From IMG/VR virus record IMGVR_UViG_3300045961_000282, positions 1 through 64,000 of that record: 64,000 nt of DNA. One strand, given 5' to 3'. Each line of letters starts with the position of its first letter. Within the stretch, counting starts at the first letter, position 1. Shown piece by piece: positions 52,237 through 61,914 of this stretch. The position numbers were made by a program, and so were the translations under genes. The notes below the pieces were generated by a model, which worked only from the letters and a program-made list of their open reading frames with translations, was not told where the DNA came from and made no database searches. This DNA is from a virus.

Positions 52237-52363
52237 GCGGGCTCCCTCCAGTGTTGGCTACTGTGGCAGCGTAGTTGCAGGAGCCCCCTCGGCGACCCTA
52301 GAAACACACATCGCCCGATCGGCTCGAGCGCGACATCCCCGCCGAGGATTGAATCAGACAAAT

Positions 52364-53911
52364 CTACCCGAAGTTGATATAGCCACCTTCGTAAACAAAA
52401 GCACGATATCCATCAACGTAGTGAATAGTTAAAGTTGGCCGCAAAAGGGTATTGCACCCGATACCCCAAACCGGATTTGGGGTATCTCCATATCCCACCA
52501 TCCTCCATCCAAATGGAGTGAAGTCCTGCAGGATATTGTTTGCGTAACACCAGTCACCTCCAGACTGATGCATAGCAACAGGCCCTCTCAGGCCACCGCC
52601 AGACTGAGCCCTATTTCCCTTGTTCCACCACTGCGTGTATGGATTGCTTGGAATCCCAGTGCAATACCAACCCTCTGAGTCCGGAACATGGAAAGTGATC
52701 GAAGTGGCGAGGTCCATAGTTGCCTTGGGGATGTTGTACTCCACCCGAGCGCCTGCAGCAAACAGGTTCTCCATGAACAGAGACGTCTGTGTTTGCTCAG
52801 CGGTTCGCAACGAAACCGATTCGCTGCGACTACGATAGGAGAACGAAACCGAAATCTCCGGTGAATACACCGTATCCGCACCCGCTGATCGAACTCGGAA
52901 GCGCGCGGAAGCCCCAAACCAGCCAATCTCATAATTCCCAGCCGGAATAGCAGAGTTAATCGGAATCGGAGAACCCGACGACATGGTCGCAACGTCAACC
53001 CAGCCCTGATTCGGCAATTGGCGCTGCAGCATCAATGGACCGATGAGATGGGCATTAGCCGTGACGACTGGCGTAAACGTGATCTGCGTGAAGTAGACCT
53101 CGGCACTGGTCGTGCTGGCATCAAGGCGAAGCACCGGGACAGGCTTGGTCAGGGTCTTGGCTGACGTAGAGGCCTTGGCTCCCTCGCCCCCTTCGGAAAT
53201 CCCCGCGAGCCAGTAATAGTATGTGGTGTTCGAAGCCAACCCGGAGTCGCCGCGCGTCGTTTCTCCTGCGGGGATGGTGGCGATCTTTGTGGCATTGGCA
53301 ACGTCCCATGAAGTGCCGCGATACAGCGAGTAGCCGTGGGTCGCGGTGGACTGGGCGTCCCACGACAGCGCGACGCTGGTCTCGCTCGGCACCGCCCTGA
53401 ATCCGGCTGGGGCACCGGGCGGGCGCTCCGTCCATGGCCACACCGTCTCTGTTCCTGTGGTGAAATGCATCACTACCTCAGAAACCGACAAAGTTCGATA
53501 CGTAGGCACCTGAATGCCGTTGAGCCAATACCGCAGTCCGAGGACCAGAACGTCGCAGCCCTCATCCCCGAGTTCGATGCCGCACCATTGTCCGACCGCA
53601 GTGAACTCATGAGCGATGGTCTGATATCCATCCGTCCACGGTCCCGACGACGTGTATGCGTGCGAAATTCTGGCCCTGCCCGCCAGCACGCGAACATCGG
53701 CCTCCATGCGAACTACGTCACCGGAGACGTACCACGGGTTGGTGGCGACCAGCCCCACGCCTCCGGGCGGCGACATCAGGCGCAGGCCATGGTTCGTCCG
53801 TGACACATGCACCTTCTGGTAACCAAGCCCGAAGTTGTCTTTCCACTCGGTCGGCGTGTTCAGTGGGTCGGGAGTGCAATACAGCGCATCACCATCGGCG
53901 AGAAGAGGCAT
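52364..53911 (-). CDS. tail protein with fibronectin type III domain
   Basis: PPGAPAGFRAVPSETSVALSWDAQ...YSLYRGTS...NTTYYYWLAGISEGGEG. Confidence 0.55.
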   Translation of the reverse strand: MPLLADGDALYCTPDPLNTPTEWKDNFGLGYQKVHVSRTNHGLRLMSPPGGVGLVATNPWYVSGDVVRMEADVRVLAGRARISHAYTSSGPWTDGYQTIAHEFTAVGQWCGIELGDEGCDVLVLGLRYWLNGIQVPTYRTLSVSEVVMHFTTGTETVWPWTERPPGAPAGFRAVPSETSVALSWDAQSTATHGYSLYRGTSWDVANATKIATIPAGETTRGDSGLASNTTYYYWLAGISEGGEGAKASTSAKTLTKPVPVLRLDASTTSAEVYFTQITFTPVVTANAHLIGPLMLQRQLPNQGWVDVATMSSGSPIPINSAIPAGNYEIGWFGASARFRVRSAGADTVYSPEISVSFSYRSRSESVSLRTAEQTQTSLFMENLFAAGARVEYNIPKATMDLATSITFHVPDSEGWYCTGIPSNPYTQWWNKGNRAQSGGGLRGPVAMHQSGGDWCYANNILQDFTPFGWRMVGYGDTPNPVWGIGCNTLLRPTLTIHYVDGYRAFVYEGGYINFG

Positions 53912-53915
53912 TTGA

Positions 53916-55439
53916 TCATCCCGTCAGCACATAGAGGACGCCAGCAGCCTTAGTTGGCAAAGCGTTGTACTGCTCTCGCGTACCGAACCACATGCGGTTG
54001 TCCACATAGGCTTTTGTCGCCGCTCCCAACGGCTTCTCGGGATCTCCCGAAAGCGTGAGCGGGCCAATCATCGTGTCGCCCTTGCGCTGGACCGTCGACT
54101 TCTCGCCGTTGGCCAGCAGTTCGAAGCCTTCTGGGCCACGGTAGAACATGTCAACCACATCGATGGCTGACTGCTCAACGGAGAAATCCTTGAAGTCAAT
54201 CGTGAAGATACGGTCGCTCGAAAGAGTCGGTAGTCCCGGATTGCTCATAGCCCCCCATGCACCGACTGAAACAGAAATCGAGATAGATGGGTTGTCTTTT
54301 ACGACAGCCATGACATCAAAAGATAGACTCGTCGCAAGTTTCGGGCCAATCTCCGTAAACTTCCCGGAATAGACTGCACTCAAAATTCGACTTGCGGAAG
54401 TATAGGCATGCTTCTCAGTCCACCCATCACCGATAGGACCGTCCGGAGGGAGCAATGGATCGGATACAGCCAGACCTGCACCAAAAGTTACGTAAACGGT
54501 CACACTCATCGGTTGATCGATCATTGCCGCCGGAACGCTATCGAACAATCGATCGATGTTCAGTTCAATGCGACCCCGAAGACGAACCTCGGAGTTATAG
54601 GTAACTTCCGTCAATGGAATATTGAGAGCGCCAATCGATGTACCGAACTGCCATCCAGAAGGGGTGGCTCCAGCAGAGAACATCGTCTCGATGCGCCCTA
54701 GGTCACCGGGGATCGAACCGCTTTCAGGCTGCGTGAGGACTCCAGCAGGAGTGGCGAGGGCTACGGTTGTGCCGGTGGTGTAGTTCACCGGAGCCGACAA
54801 TTGCCGCGCGGAGACAGTGCGCTCGTTGACCCACAACTTGGCGGTTTCCATGGGCTCGCCGATGGAAACCTCTGGAGGAGTCGCAGAGTCGTCTACGTAA
54901 CCCTTCGTCGCCACGTGGTGAGATTCGGTTGGACTCGGCACCGACAGTGGCCCGATCATCGTGTCGCCAGTCACGTTGATGTAGCGCGCATCTGCTTCAT
55001 CCCACGACGAACCCTCGCCGCCCCCGGCGATGCCGCCCGTGTCGTCGTCGAGGTCAACCCAGATCTCGATGTCCGGCTCCTCAACGGGAGGCTCCTCGTG
55101 GATCCAGACCTCCTTGGCCCCACCACCCCCCGTGCCAGCCTCCGGCTCGGCGTTGGGGTCGATCCAGATCTCGACCTCGGGGTCGACGGGCTCTACGCCG
55201 ATCCAGACCTCATCGACCTCCATCGGCGGGTTGACCCACGCCGCGTCATGGTCGGAGTCGCTGGCCTTGATGAGCATCTGCCCCTCGGTGCCCCCCGCGG
55301 GCACCCCGGGGCCAGCGGGGCCCTGTGCACCGGGTTCGCCGGGCGCGCCGGGCTCGCCCTGCGGACCTGCCGGACCACGTGCGCCCACGATCGGCACGTA
55401 TTGCTGGGATACTTCGTCCCAGACCTTGAGAACGCCCAT
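53916..55439 (-). CDS. tail-fibre paralog with anchor motif, short collagen repeat and E-(I/V)-W-(I/V)-D repeats
   Basis: MGVLKVWDEVSQQYVPIVGARG; GPAGPQGEPGAPGEPGAQGPAGPG; EVWIGVEP, EIWIDPNA, EVWIHEEP, EIWVDLDD. Confidence 0.6.
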   Translation of the reverse strand: MGVLKVWDEVSQQYVPIVGARGPAGPQGEPGAPGEPGAQGPAGPGVPAGGTEGQMLIKASDSDHDAAWVNPPMEVDEVWIGVEPVDPEVEIWIDPNAEPEAGTGGGGAKEVWIHEEPPVEEPDIEIWVDLDDDTGGIAGGGEGSSWDEADARYINVTGDTMIGPLSVPSPTESHHVATKGYVDDSATPPEVSIGEPMETAKLWVNERTVSARQLSAPVNYTTGTTVALATPAGVLTQPESGSIPGDLGRIETMFSAGATPSGWQFGTSIGALNIPLTEVTYNSEVRLRGRIELNIDRLFDSVPAAMIDQPMSVTVYVTFGAGLAVSDPLLPPDGPIGDGWTEKHAYTSASRILSAVYSGKFTEIGPKLATSLSFDVMAVVKDNPSISISVSVGAWGAMSNPGLPTLSSDRIFTIDFKDFSVEQSAIDVVDMFYRGPEGFELLANGEKSTVQRKGDTMIGPLTLSGDPEKPLGAATKAYVDNRMWFGTREQYNALPTKAAGVLYVLTG

Positions 55440-55532
55440 CAGCCCTCCTGCGAACCGCTCACGTCAGGGTCACGGTATTAGACCAGCGCTTCCGAGAGGA
55501 GAAGATTCCGCACTCTCGTCGGCCCGTTGCCG

Positions 55533-55799
55533 TCAGGGGTTGTTGCGCAGGTGCTGAACCGCAGCGAGGATCATCTCGTCGGTGATCACCGCGGGATCCT
55601 CGCCGGGCTTCTCATTGCCCGCCGCGAGCGCCGAGTCCCACGCCGCGCCCCAGCCGGGCTGCGAGGCCCACCGGAAGGCGTTGGTCGACGTCCAGATCTC
55701 CGGGTTCGGGTCACCCTCGGTCGCAGCGCACGCGGTCACCCGGTACCGCATCATGGTGTCCACCGAGATCTTCGCGATGGACAGGTACGAGTCAGCCAT
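55533..55799 (-). CDS. hypothetical protein
   Basis: GGAGG RBS then ATG MADSYLSIAKIS. Confidence 0.4.
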   Translation of the reverse strand: MADSYLSIAKISVDTMMRYRVTACAATEGDPNPEIWTSTNAFRWASQPGWGAAWDSALAAGNEKPGEDPAVITDEMILAAVQHLRNNP

Positions 55800-55801
55800 T
55801 A

Positions 55802-56767
55802 CTACCTCCACGGGATGATGACGAGTGAGTAGCCATCAATCCACGCATCCCTCGTGGATTGGGCCCACAGGGCGAAGGCCCCTTGCCTGAAAAGTACGGC
55901 CATGCTGACGCCATAGGTATCGCCGCCGACCGCCGTGGCCATGACGTTTGCCCACTGCCAGCCATACGGCAGAGCGCTATCGGCAACCGTGTTCCGCTGC
56001 CCCGCGTAGATGCGCTGCCGGTGTGCAACAGTGACCCCGTAGACCAGAGGAACGGTTGCATTGGGACCCGCCGGTCCCTGAGCGCCCTGCGGTCCCTGAT
56101 CACCCCTCACTCCCTTGTCGCCCTGCGGGCCGGGAGACCCTGCAGCGGGCACGAAGTCCTGATACGAAACACCCGACAGGCCCGCGGTGAGGAAGGGCAC
56201 TGAGTCCCCGACGGCGGGACGCACGCGGGCCGAGCCCACCGACAGGGCCCAGTTGTAGGTCGAGAAGACCAGCGTGGCATCTCCGGGATGCTGGACTGGC
56301 TGCGCCTGATCCCACGGCGTGTAGAGGCCACCGTCGTGCTGATGTCCCAGAACCACGTTGTAGGGCTCATCGGCATGCTGAACAACTCCGATGGCCACGG
56401 ACTTCTCTGCGTTCGCCTTCGCCGCATAGCCGATCGCGACCGAGTCGTCGCGCATGTCTGGCCATTGCTCAACACGGTTGCCGAAGGTGGCGTCGATATA
56501 GGCGCCGCCCTGACCGATCAGGGTGCCGCGGCTGCGCGTATCGACCTTGAGGTAGTCGGTGATCGAAGCGCCAGTTCCATCTGCAGAGACGTGCACCTCG
56601 GCGCTGCGGTGATCTGAGTTGATCCCCTCAGTGATGGGCTCCTCGGAGCGGATCGCGAACTGCAGTTTGGAGCCCTGATTCTCAACGGTGAATGGCGGGA
56701 TGTTTGGGTCCTCAGAATCAAAAGTGATTCCGTCTTCTACCGCTTCCAAATCATGCAGATGCTTCAT
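55802..56767 (-). CDS. tail-fibre-like protein with internal collagen repeat
   Basis: GSPGPQGDKGVRGDQGPQGAQGPAGP. Confidence 0.5.
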   Translation of the reverse strand: MKHLHDLEAVEDGITFDSEDPNIPPFTVENQGSKLQFAIRSEEPITEGINSDHRSAEVHVSADGTGASITDYLKVDTRSRGTLIGQGGAYIDATFGNRVEQWPDMRDDSVAIGYAAKANAEKSVAIGVVQHADEPYNVVLGHQHDGGLYTPWDQAQPVQHPGDATLVFSTYNWALSVGSARVRPAVGDSVPFLTAGLSGVSYQDFVPAAGSPGPQGDKGVRGDQGPQGAQGPAGPNATVPLVYGVTVAHRQRIYAGQRNTVADSALPYGWQWANVMATAVGGDTYGVSMAVLFRQGAFALWAQSTRDAWIDGYSLVIIPWR

Positions 56768-57735
56768 AGCCAGATCACCACATAGAAGAGTCGAAAGTAT
56801 TCTCCGTAAGGACCATAGTTATGCACCTGCACCTGCAGGTCGATCCCGCTGGTGATGGCAAAAACCGCAAGACAGTTTCTGTCCACTTCGATTGGCATCG
56901 CCGAAGCGTACAAAAGATTCGCCCCATAGCCAGATGCATTTGGAATATTGATGGTGAGATACTCGTTTGACTTCACATAGAAGTTGTCGGTGCCGTTGAT
57001 TCCCGACGGGGCGACCATTCTGGCGCGGATGTTTCCGTAGTGACTGACTCCCGCAGTTCCTTGCGGGCCCTGCGGGCCCCTGTCGCCCGTGGGCCCCTTG
57101 GGTCCCGTGTCGCCCTTGACGCCGACTGTGCCGGGGTATACCGGAGGAGAGAACCACCCCAGCGAGCCATCTGGCAGGGCGCCGAAGACCTGCCCGGGTG
57201 AACCATATCCAGAGTTGCCCACGCGGAACTTGTAGGCCGTGTCTGCGCGACCGAACGTGTAGTCAGTGACGTGCGGGTACCACCAGTACCCGTACTTGAC
57301 ATGAACTGCCCCGCGGTCCTCTGCTCCCGCTCCGGCCACGAATGAGGGTGACCCGGTCGCGCGCGCCCCGTAGCCGATGGCTTGGGCACGCATGGCCAGA
57401 TCTCCCGCGCTCTCATTGTTACCTTGGGGCGGGGGCGGGACCCATGAATCTGGCACGCCGACGTAGGCGTCCTTGCCGATGGCGATGGCGTGGTAGCCGC
57501 GCAACACGTGGGCGGAGGTGTCTGCTCCGTGGCCCACCACGGTCTGCACGGGTGGCAGGCCACCTCGATCGGAGCGCGAGTTGATCAACAGCGACCCACG
57601 CCCGTCCGGAACGCGCCAGTAGATCGTCGAGCGCCCATCCGTGAACTTGGAGAACACCGACGGAGTTGCCCCGGTGAGTTTCGCAGGCTCGGTGAAGGCG
57701 AACCACGCCTGCCTGATCTTGGTGGCGATCTTCAT
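56764..57735 (-). CDS. tail-fibre-like protein with internal collagen repeat
   Basis: GTVGVKGDTGPKGPTGDRGPQGPQGTAG. Confidence 0.5.
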   Translation of the reverse strand: MKIATKIRQAWFAFTEPAKLTGATPSVFSKFTDGRSTIYWRVPDGRGSLLINSRSDRGGLPPVQTVVGHGADTSAHVLRGYHAIAIGKDAYVGVPDSWVPPPPQGNNESAGDLAMRAQAIGYGARATGSPSFVAGAGAEDRGAVHVKYGYWWYPHVTDYTFGRADTAYKFRVGNSGYGSPGQVFGALPDGSLGWFSPPVYPGTVGVKGDTGPKGPTGDRGPQGPQGTAGVSHYGNIRARMVAPSGINGTDNFYVKSNEYLTINIPNASGYGANLLYASAMPIEVDRNCLAVFAITSGIDLQVQVHNYGPYGEYFRLFYVVIWL

Positions 57736-57736
57736 C

Positions 57737-59227
57737 TCAACCCACCGCGATCCATTGAACGGTGTAGTTGGATGCGGCGTAGGGAGAGGAGTTGTAGACC
57801 ATGATCTCCGCCCAGTTCCCCGATTTCTGCCGGATGCTCACCGGTAGCGGTGGGCCAGACTTCGGGCTCAGCGTGAGGCCCGCGATGTCCCACGGCGCTG
57901 TGATCCCGAGGTAGGCCGCCGCGCCCTTGGCGATGGAGGGGAACGTCACCTGCCCCCCCGCGATGCGCGGGTGCAGATCTGCCCCCGCGGGCCCTTGCGG
58001 GCCCTGTATCCCGACCGCCCCCTTGTCGCCCGGGGGCCCAGTCGGCCCCTTGGGTGCGATACCCGCCACGCCGATGCCGGTGCAGACGATGCTCTCCATC
58101 CGCAGGATCGGCTCGCCTGACCCCTGACAGTCGAACAGAATCTCGAACACCGCCCACAATGGCCCCAATGCGGCGGCCTCGGCAGCAAGGGGCCCCGAGG
58201 TCGCTCCGATCCCGGGGGTCGCCGTCACGGAGGCGTACACGTCGCGACTCGAACCGCCGCGGGCGTTGATGTAGTTCTGGTCGATGACCGTGGTGGCCGC
58301 CCACGTGGTTCCCTGATCGAACGACACCCGCAGCAGGACGCGCGCCCCGTTGAGCAACTGGGCGCCCGCCTTTATCTGGATCGTCATCTGGCAGGGCACG
58401 TTTGCACGCGCCAGACCGAACTTCCATGCGCGGGCGTAGTTCCCGATCGGCCGCGGCAGGGTGCCGACAAAACCGTCGCCACCTTCGGTGTTGTAGTCGA
58501 TGACGTTGCCATCCATGCCGTTGAGGCGACAGCCCGTCGGTTCCTTGTTTGTATGTGGCGCCGGAGCGCAGATGCCAGTCGGGTCAGTGGGTCGAACAGT
58601 CCACTCGGCCCAGAACCACGACCACGTTGGGGAGAACCGCCCCGGCGACTTGGGTCCTGCCCCTCGGTCGTTGAACGCCGGGTCGTAGAACGGTGTCACA
58701 CCCTTGGTGGCCATCCAGTCGCCCTGCCCACGGGTGTACTGCCCGCCGGGAAACCGCCATTCATTGACGCTGCTGGCATTGACAGCGAGCGCCTGCCCGG
58801 GCTGCGGGAGGTAGGCCTTTGTGGGCCATTTGTAGGGCTTGGTGTTGGTGCCCAGTTGCACCACGGGCCCCGTCAGCCCTGCATCGGTGGCCTGATACCC
58901 GATGGCGATGCTGTCCTCGTTGTCAGTGCGCGCCTCTGCGCCGACGGCCACGGAGTTGCGGCCCCGGGCGCGCGAACCATACCCGATCGCAACAGCGCCG
59001 GTGGTGGCCTCGGTGCCGTTGAGCAACGTCGCCCCGGCGCCCAGTTGCTCCGGGGTCTGCGTGGTCATCGCCAGCGCCCCGCCGTCATTCAGCGCGATCT
59101 TGAGTCCGCCGATGTCGGCGACCTGCGAGATGCTGTCGTCGGAAGCGGTGGCTTCAAGGGTCAGCGCAGGGCCCGGCCCCGGAGCGATCATCCGCCCGAA
59201 GTGCTCGATCCGCTGACGCCATTTCAC
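57737..59227 (-). CDS. tail-fibre-like protein with C-terminal collagen repeat
   Basis: GTG start with GTGA overlap at 59224-59227; GIAPKGPTGPPGDKGAVGIQGPQGPAGA. N-terminal 74 aa of the table ORF rejected. Confidence 0.5.
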   Translation of the reverse strand: MKWRQRIEHFGRMIAPGPGPALTLEATASDDSISQVADIGGLKIALNDGGALAMTTQTPEQLGAGATLLNGTEATTGAVAIGYGSRARGRNSVAVGAEARTDNEDSIAIGYQATDAGLTGPVVQLGTNTKPYKWPTKAYLPQPGQALAVNASSVNEWRFPGGQYTRGQGDWMATKGVTPFYDPAFNDRGAGPKSPGRFSPTWSWFWAEWTVRPTDPTGICAPAPHTNKEPTGCRLNGMDGNVIDYNTEGGDGFVGTLPRPIGNYARAWKFGLARANVPCQMTIQIKAGAQLLNGARVLLRVSFDQGTTWAATTVIDQNYINARGGSSRDVYASVTATPGIGATSGPLAAEAAALGPLWAVFEILFDCQGSGEPILRMESIVCTGIGVAGIAPKGPTGPPGDKGAVGIQGPQGPAGADLHPRIAGGQVTFPSIAKGAAAYLGITAPWDIAGLTLSPKSGPPLPVSIRQKSGNWAEIMVYNSSPYAASNYTVQWIAVG

Positions 59228-59487
59228 TTGAAGACCACCCAGTTCACACTGATGTCGCGCGTGGCCCGAAGGGTCAGGGTGTTGGCATCCTTCACAGCCA
59301 CGTCGAGCATGACCATCTCGTTGCCCTCGTAGAAGGTTGCGCTGACGCCGGTGTCGCCGAGGTTGTGGGCGACATCCAGCGGGGTGTGGGCAACCAGCGT
59401 CGCACTGCCGATGGCCTTGGACTTGCTTGACCCCTGAACTGGGATCCACTCATTGAGCGTCGGGTCGCGGTAGTACAGAACTGCCAT
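59224..59487 (-). CDS. short anchor-motif protein
   Basis: MAVLYYRDPTLNEWIPVQGSS. Confidence 0.5.
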   Translation of the reverse strand: MAVLYYRDPTLNEWIPVQGSSKSKAIGSATLVAHTPLDVAHNLGDTGVSATFYEGNEMVMLDVAVKDANTLTLRATRDISVNWVVFK

Positions 59488-59578
59488 CAGTTGCTCCTCG
59501 GTTCAGCGACGACGGACGCCCCTTCGGTCTGTTCGCATGGTACGGACCAACGCGCGGGGGCACACCGAAATACCCTCA

Positions 59579-60424
59579 TCAGGTCCTCCGAAGGGTGTAC
59601 TCGGCGTTGATGTTCAGCCACGCAGGATTCACGGCCTTGGCGGAGACCAGTTGGATCGAATGTCCTGCCGCATCAGGTTTTGCGTCCATGCGCATGGATG
59701 CCGCCGATCCACCCGCCCACACAATTGGCGCCATGGCTTCGATCAGGATGTTGCCCACCAGTGGTCGAGGGTGTGTGAACGTCAGGACGAGATCGAACGG
59801 CGGAGCCTGCCCGAGCGCACCACCGCTGTTGGTGAGCAGTCCGCGCAACTGCCATCGGTTCAGGTCATGGCTGACACGCCACTGACCGGAGTGGTAGTTG
59901 GCATCCCCGAAAGCAGCCCATCGAGGGGCAACGGTGCATCGAACGGCGCTCCCGGGCAGATCGGTGTGTACCGGCTGCCACGCTGAGAACTCTGGGTCGG
60001 GGCCCAGTGAAACGGGCTCCGACCCCAACCAGCACCACTGGCCAACCGGAATCGTTGCAGAGTCGATGACCGCATACAGGTAGTGGTGGATCCCCTCCGT
60101 TGGGGTTGGGGAAAGGTCAATCCTGAACATGTCATTCGACTCAGTGCCAAATGCAGCGATAGAGCGCAGAATGGTCCGAGCCGTTGGCTTCTGGAATGCC
60201 AATGATTCGTCTGCGTAGCAGTACAGAATGTCTGGTCGTCCGGTTTGATTGGCCGTTACCTTGACCAAGCCTCGATACTGGACGTACCCCCGCTCTCGGT
60301 GGTACCGCCACTGGGGCTGTGCCCAACTTGGATGGTAGCGAGTGAATGCTCCTGAGAGAACGGCGTAGGGCCGGGGGCCCGAATATCCAGATTCGTGGAC
60401 GGGGAGCCACGGTGACCACGTCAT
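59579..60424 (-). CDS. hypothetical tail-region protein
   Basis: Large clean ORF; ATGA overlap at 60421-60424. Confidence 0.5.
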   Translation of the reverse strand: MTWSPWLPVHESGYSGPRPYAVLSGAFTRYHPSWAQPQWRYHRERGYVQYRGLVKVTANQTGRPDILYCYADESLAFQKPTARTILRSIAAFGTESNDMFRIDLSPTPTEGIHHYLYAVIDSATIPVGQWCWLGSEPVSLGPDPEFSAWQPVHTDLPGSAVRCTVAPRWAAFGDANYHSGQWRVSHDLNRWQLRGLLTNSGGALGQAPPFDLVLTFTHPRPLVGNILIEAMAPIVWAGGSAASMRMDAKPDAAGHSIQLVSAKAVNPAWLNINAEYTLRRT

Positions 60425-61413
60425 AGGTCACCGCCAATCGGAAATATGCATTCCAAGTTGAACCACATTCCGTTCGGAATTGGATGCCCGGGCTTCACGT
60501 ACAAAGACTGAACCTGATGGTGATAGGTGGCGTGCGCACCACAGTCGTAGCGCGCCGCCATTCCGGTCCAGAGCGACGTCACATTCTCTCCGACGAGGCC
60601 GAAGGACATGGATAGTGTCGTCGGCTTCGGCAACACTCCGGGGTCCATGGACGACACGATGATCACCTCGCCGTAGTCGAGGGCCTTCAATGCCTTTGCC
60701 AACCCCCGGTACTCGACGATCTTCGCCGTAGGGGAGTACCGCCACATCACGCGGTGATGGTCGCCCCCGTCGTAGTGGGTCGCGTTGCCGTTGAACCATG
60801 CTTCGGGGCCGGTCCCGCTCGGAGAGGCCTTGACCTCCATCCATGGCGACCACGTGTCGACCTGACTCGGCACAGATTCGGGCAGCCAGCGGGAGCCGTC
60901 CCAGAACCGGGCATCCTCCCACTGGGAGCCGTCCCACCCCTTGATCTCTGGCTTCCACTGGGTGCCATCCCATGCAACCGGGACCGGCGCATCCCACAGG
61001 GTCAGGTTGCGCACCCAGATCCGTTGCCCCGCTGGGGCGACGTCGTAGAGCATGTCGACCCAGAGCAGCGGATTGCGGTCATGGACCTTCGCGGCCCCCT
61101 GTGCAACCCGCCACGTCGAGTCGCCGATGAGCATTCCATATCCGCTGTAGTTGGTATGCCCACCTGCCATTCCGCCGATGTAACCGTTCACTTCCGCGCG
61201 GTACTCGCAGGTGATCCAGTAGATCTGGTGGCTGATCGGATCGATGGCCGCCGGGGCCTGAAAGAGGCTGTCCCGGTGGCTGTGGTACGTGATCTCGGTG
61301 CACCACTGGGAATCGATCTGCTTGGCCTCAAAGGTGACGGCTCCGTCGGCCGCTATGCCCGACTTCTTCCAACCCTGAGTCAGTGCATGGTTGGCTCGGG
61401 CGATCGCCCTCAC
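60421..61413 (-). CDS. tail-region protein with W-D-G-[ST]-x-W short repeats
   Basis: WDGTQWKPEIKGWDGSQWEDARFWDGSRW. Confidence 0.5.
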   Translation of the reverse strand: MRAIARANHALTQGWKKSGIAADGAVTFEAKQIDSQWCTEITYHSHRDSLFQAPAAIDPISHQIYWITCEYRAEVNGYIGGMAGGHTNYSGYGMLIGDSTWRVAQGAAKVHDRNPLLWVDMLYDVAPAGQRIWVRNLTLWDAPVPVAWDGTQWKPEIKGWDGSQWEDARFWDGSRWLPESVPSQVDTWSPWMEVKASPSGTGPEAWFNGNATHYDGGDHHRVMWRYSPTAKIVEYRGLAKALKALDYGEVIIVSSMDPGVLPKPTTLSMSFGLVGENVTSLWTGMAARYDCGAHATYHHQVQSLYVKPGHPIPNGMWFNLECIFPIGGDL

Positions 61414-61820
61414 AGCGGGACCCAGATCTGCCCGACCGGCGGGTCGGCCGGGGCACTGTGGCTGACGATCACGAAGTTCTGCAACTGCGCCTTCGTTGCG
61501 TACTGCGGGTGCGGATCGGCGGCCTGCTCATGCTCGGCGATGCGCTGCTGCGCCGAGCCGCGCGGGTCGTAGAGCGAGTCGGCCTCGGCGTGGGTGAGGT
61601 ACTTCGAGGTCTCGACGCTGGCGTCGGGATCCAGCCACAGGTCCAAGCCCTCGCGCGGCGCGGGCTCGCCCTCTTGGATCAGGATCTCCTCGGGCACGAA
61701 GATGTTGCCATCCGTGCCGATGACCGCATTGTTGCCCGGGTCGATCGACGGCTCGGGCTTGGGCTGGACCAGCGGGACGAACTCGCCAGTTGCTGGGTCC
61801 TTGTACTTCAGGGTGGGCAT
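61410..61820 (-). CDS. anchor-motif protein
   Basis: MPTLKYKDPATGEFVPLVQPKP; ATGA overlap at 61410-61413. Confidence 0.5.
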   Translation of the reverse strand: MPTLKYKDPATGEFVPLVQPKPEPSIDPGNNAVIGTDGNIFVPEEILIQEGEPAPREGLDLWLDPDASVETSKYLTHAEADSLYDPRGSAQQRIAEHEQAADPHPQYATKAQLQNFVIVSHSAPADPPVGQIWVPL

Positions 61821-61914
61821 CGGTGGCTCCCATCGATCGTCGCGCGCGCCCGCGGCTACCTGTGCGTCAGGGTAGTGGTCGACCCTTGCTCAGCAAGGGC
61901 GATTTCGCACCCAG

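Noticed and set aside
52119-52361. 80-aa ORF MSDSILGGDVALEP...
   Set aside because: Ser/Arg-rich low complexity. The same region encodes the conserved anchor-motif mini-ORF 52087..52236 in another frame.
39856-58060. GGNCCN-type simple-sequence repeats as non-coding satellites
   Set aside because: They lie in frame inside ORFs and encode collagen-like G-X-Y segments.
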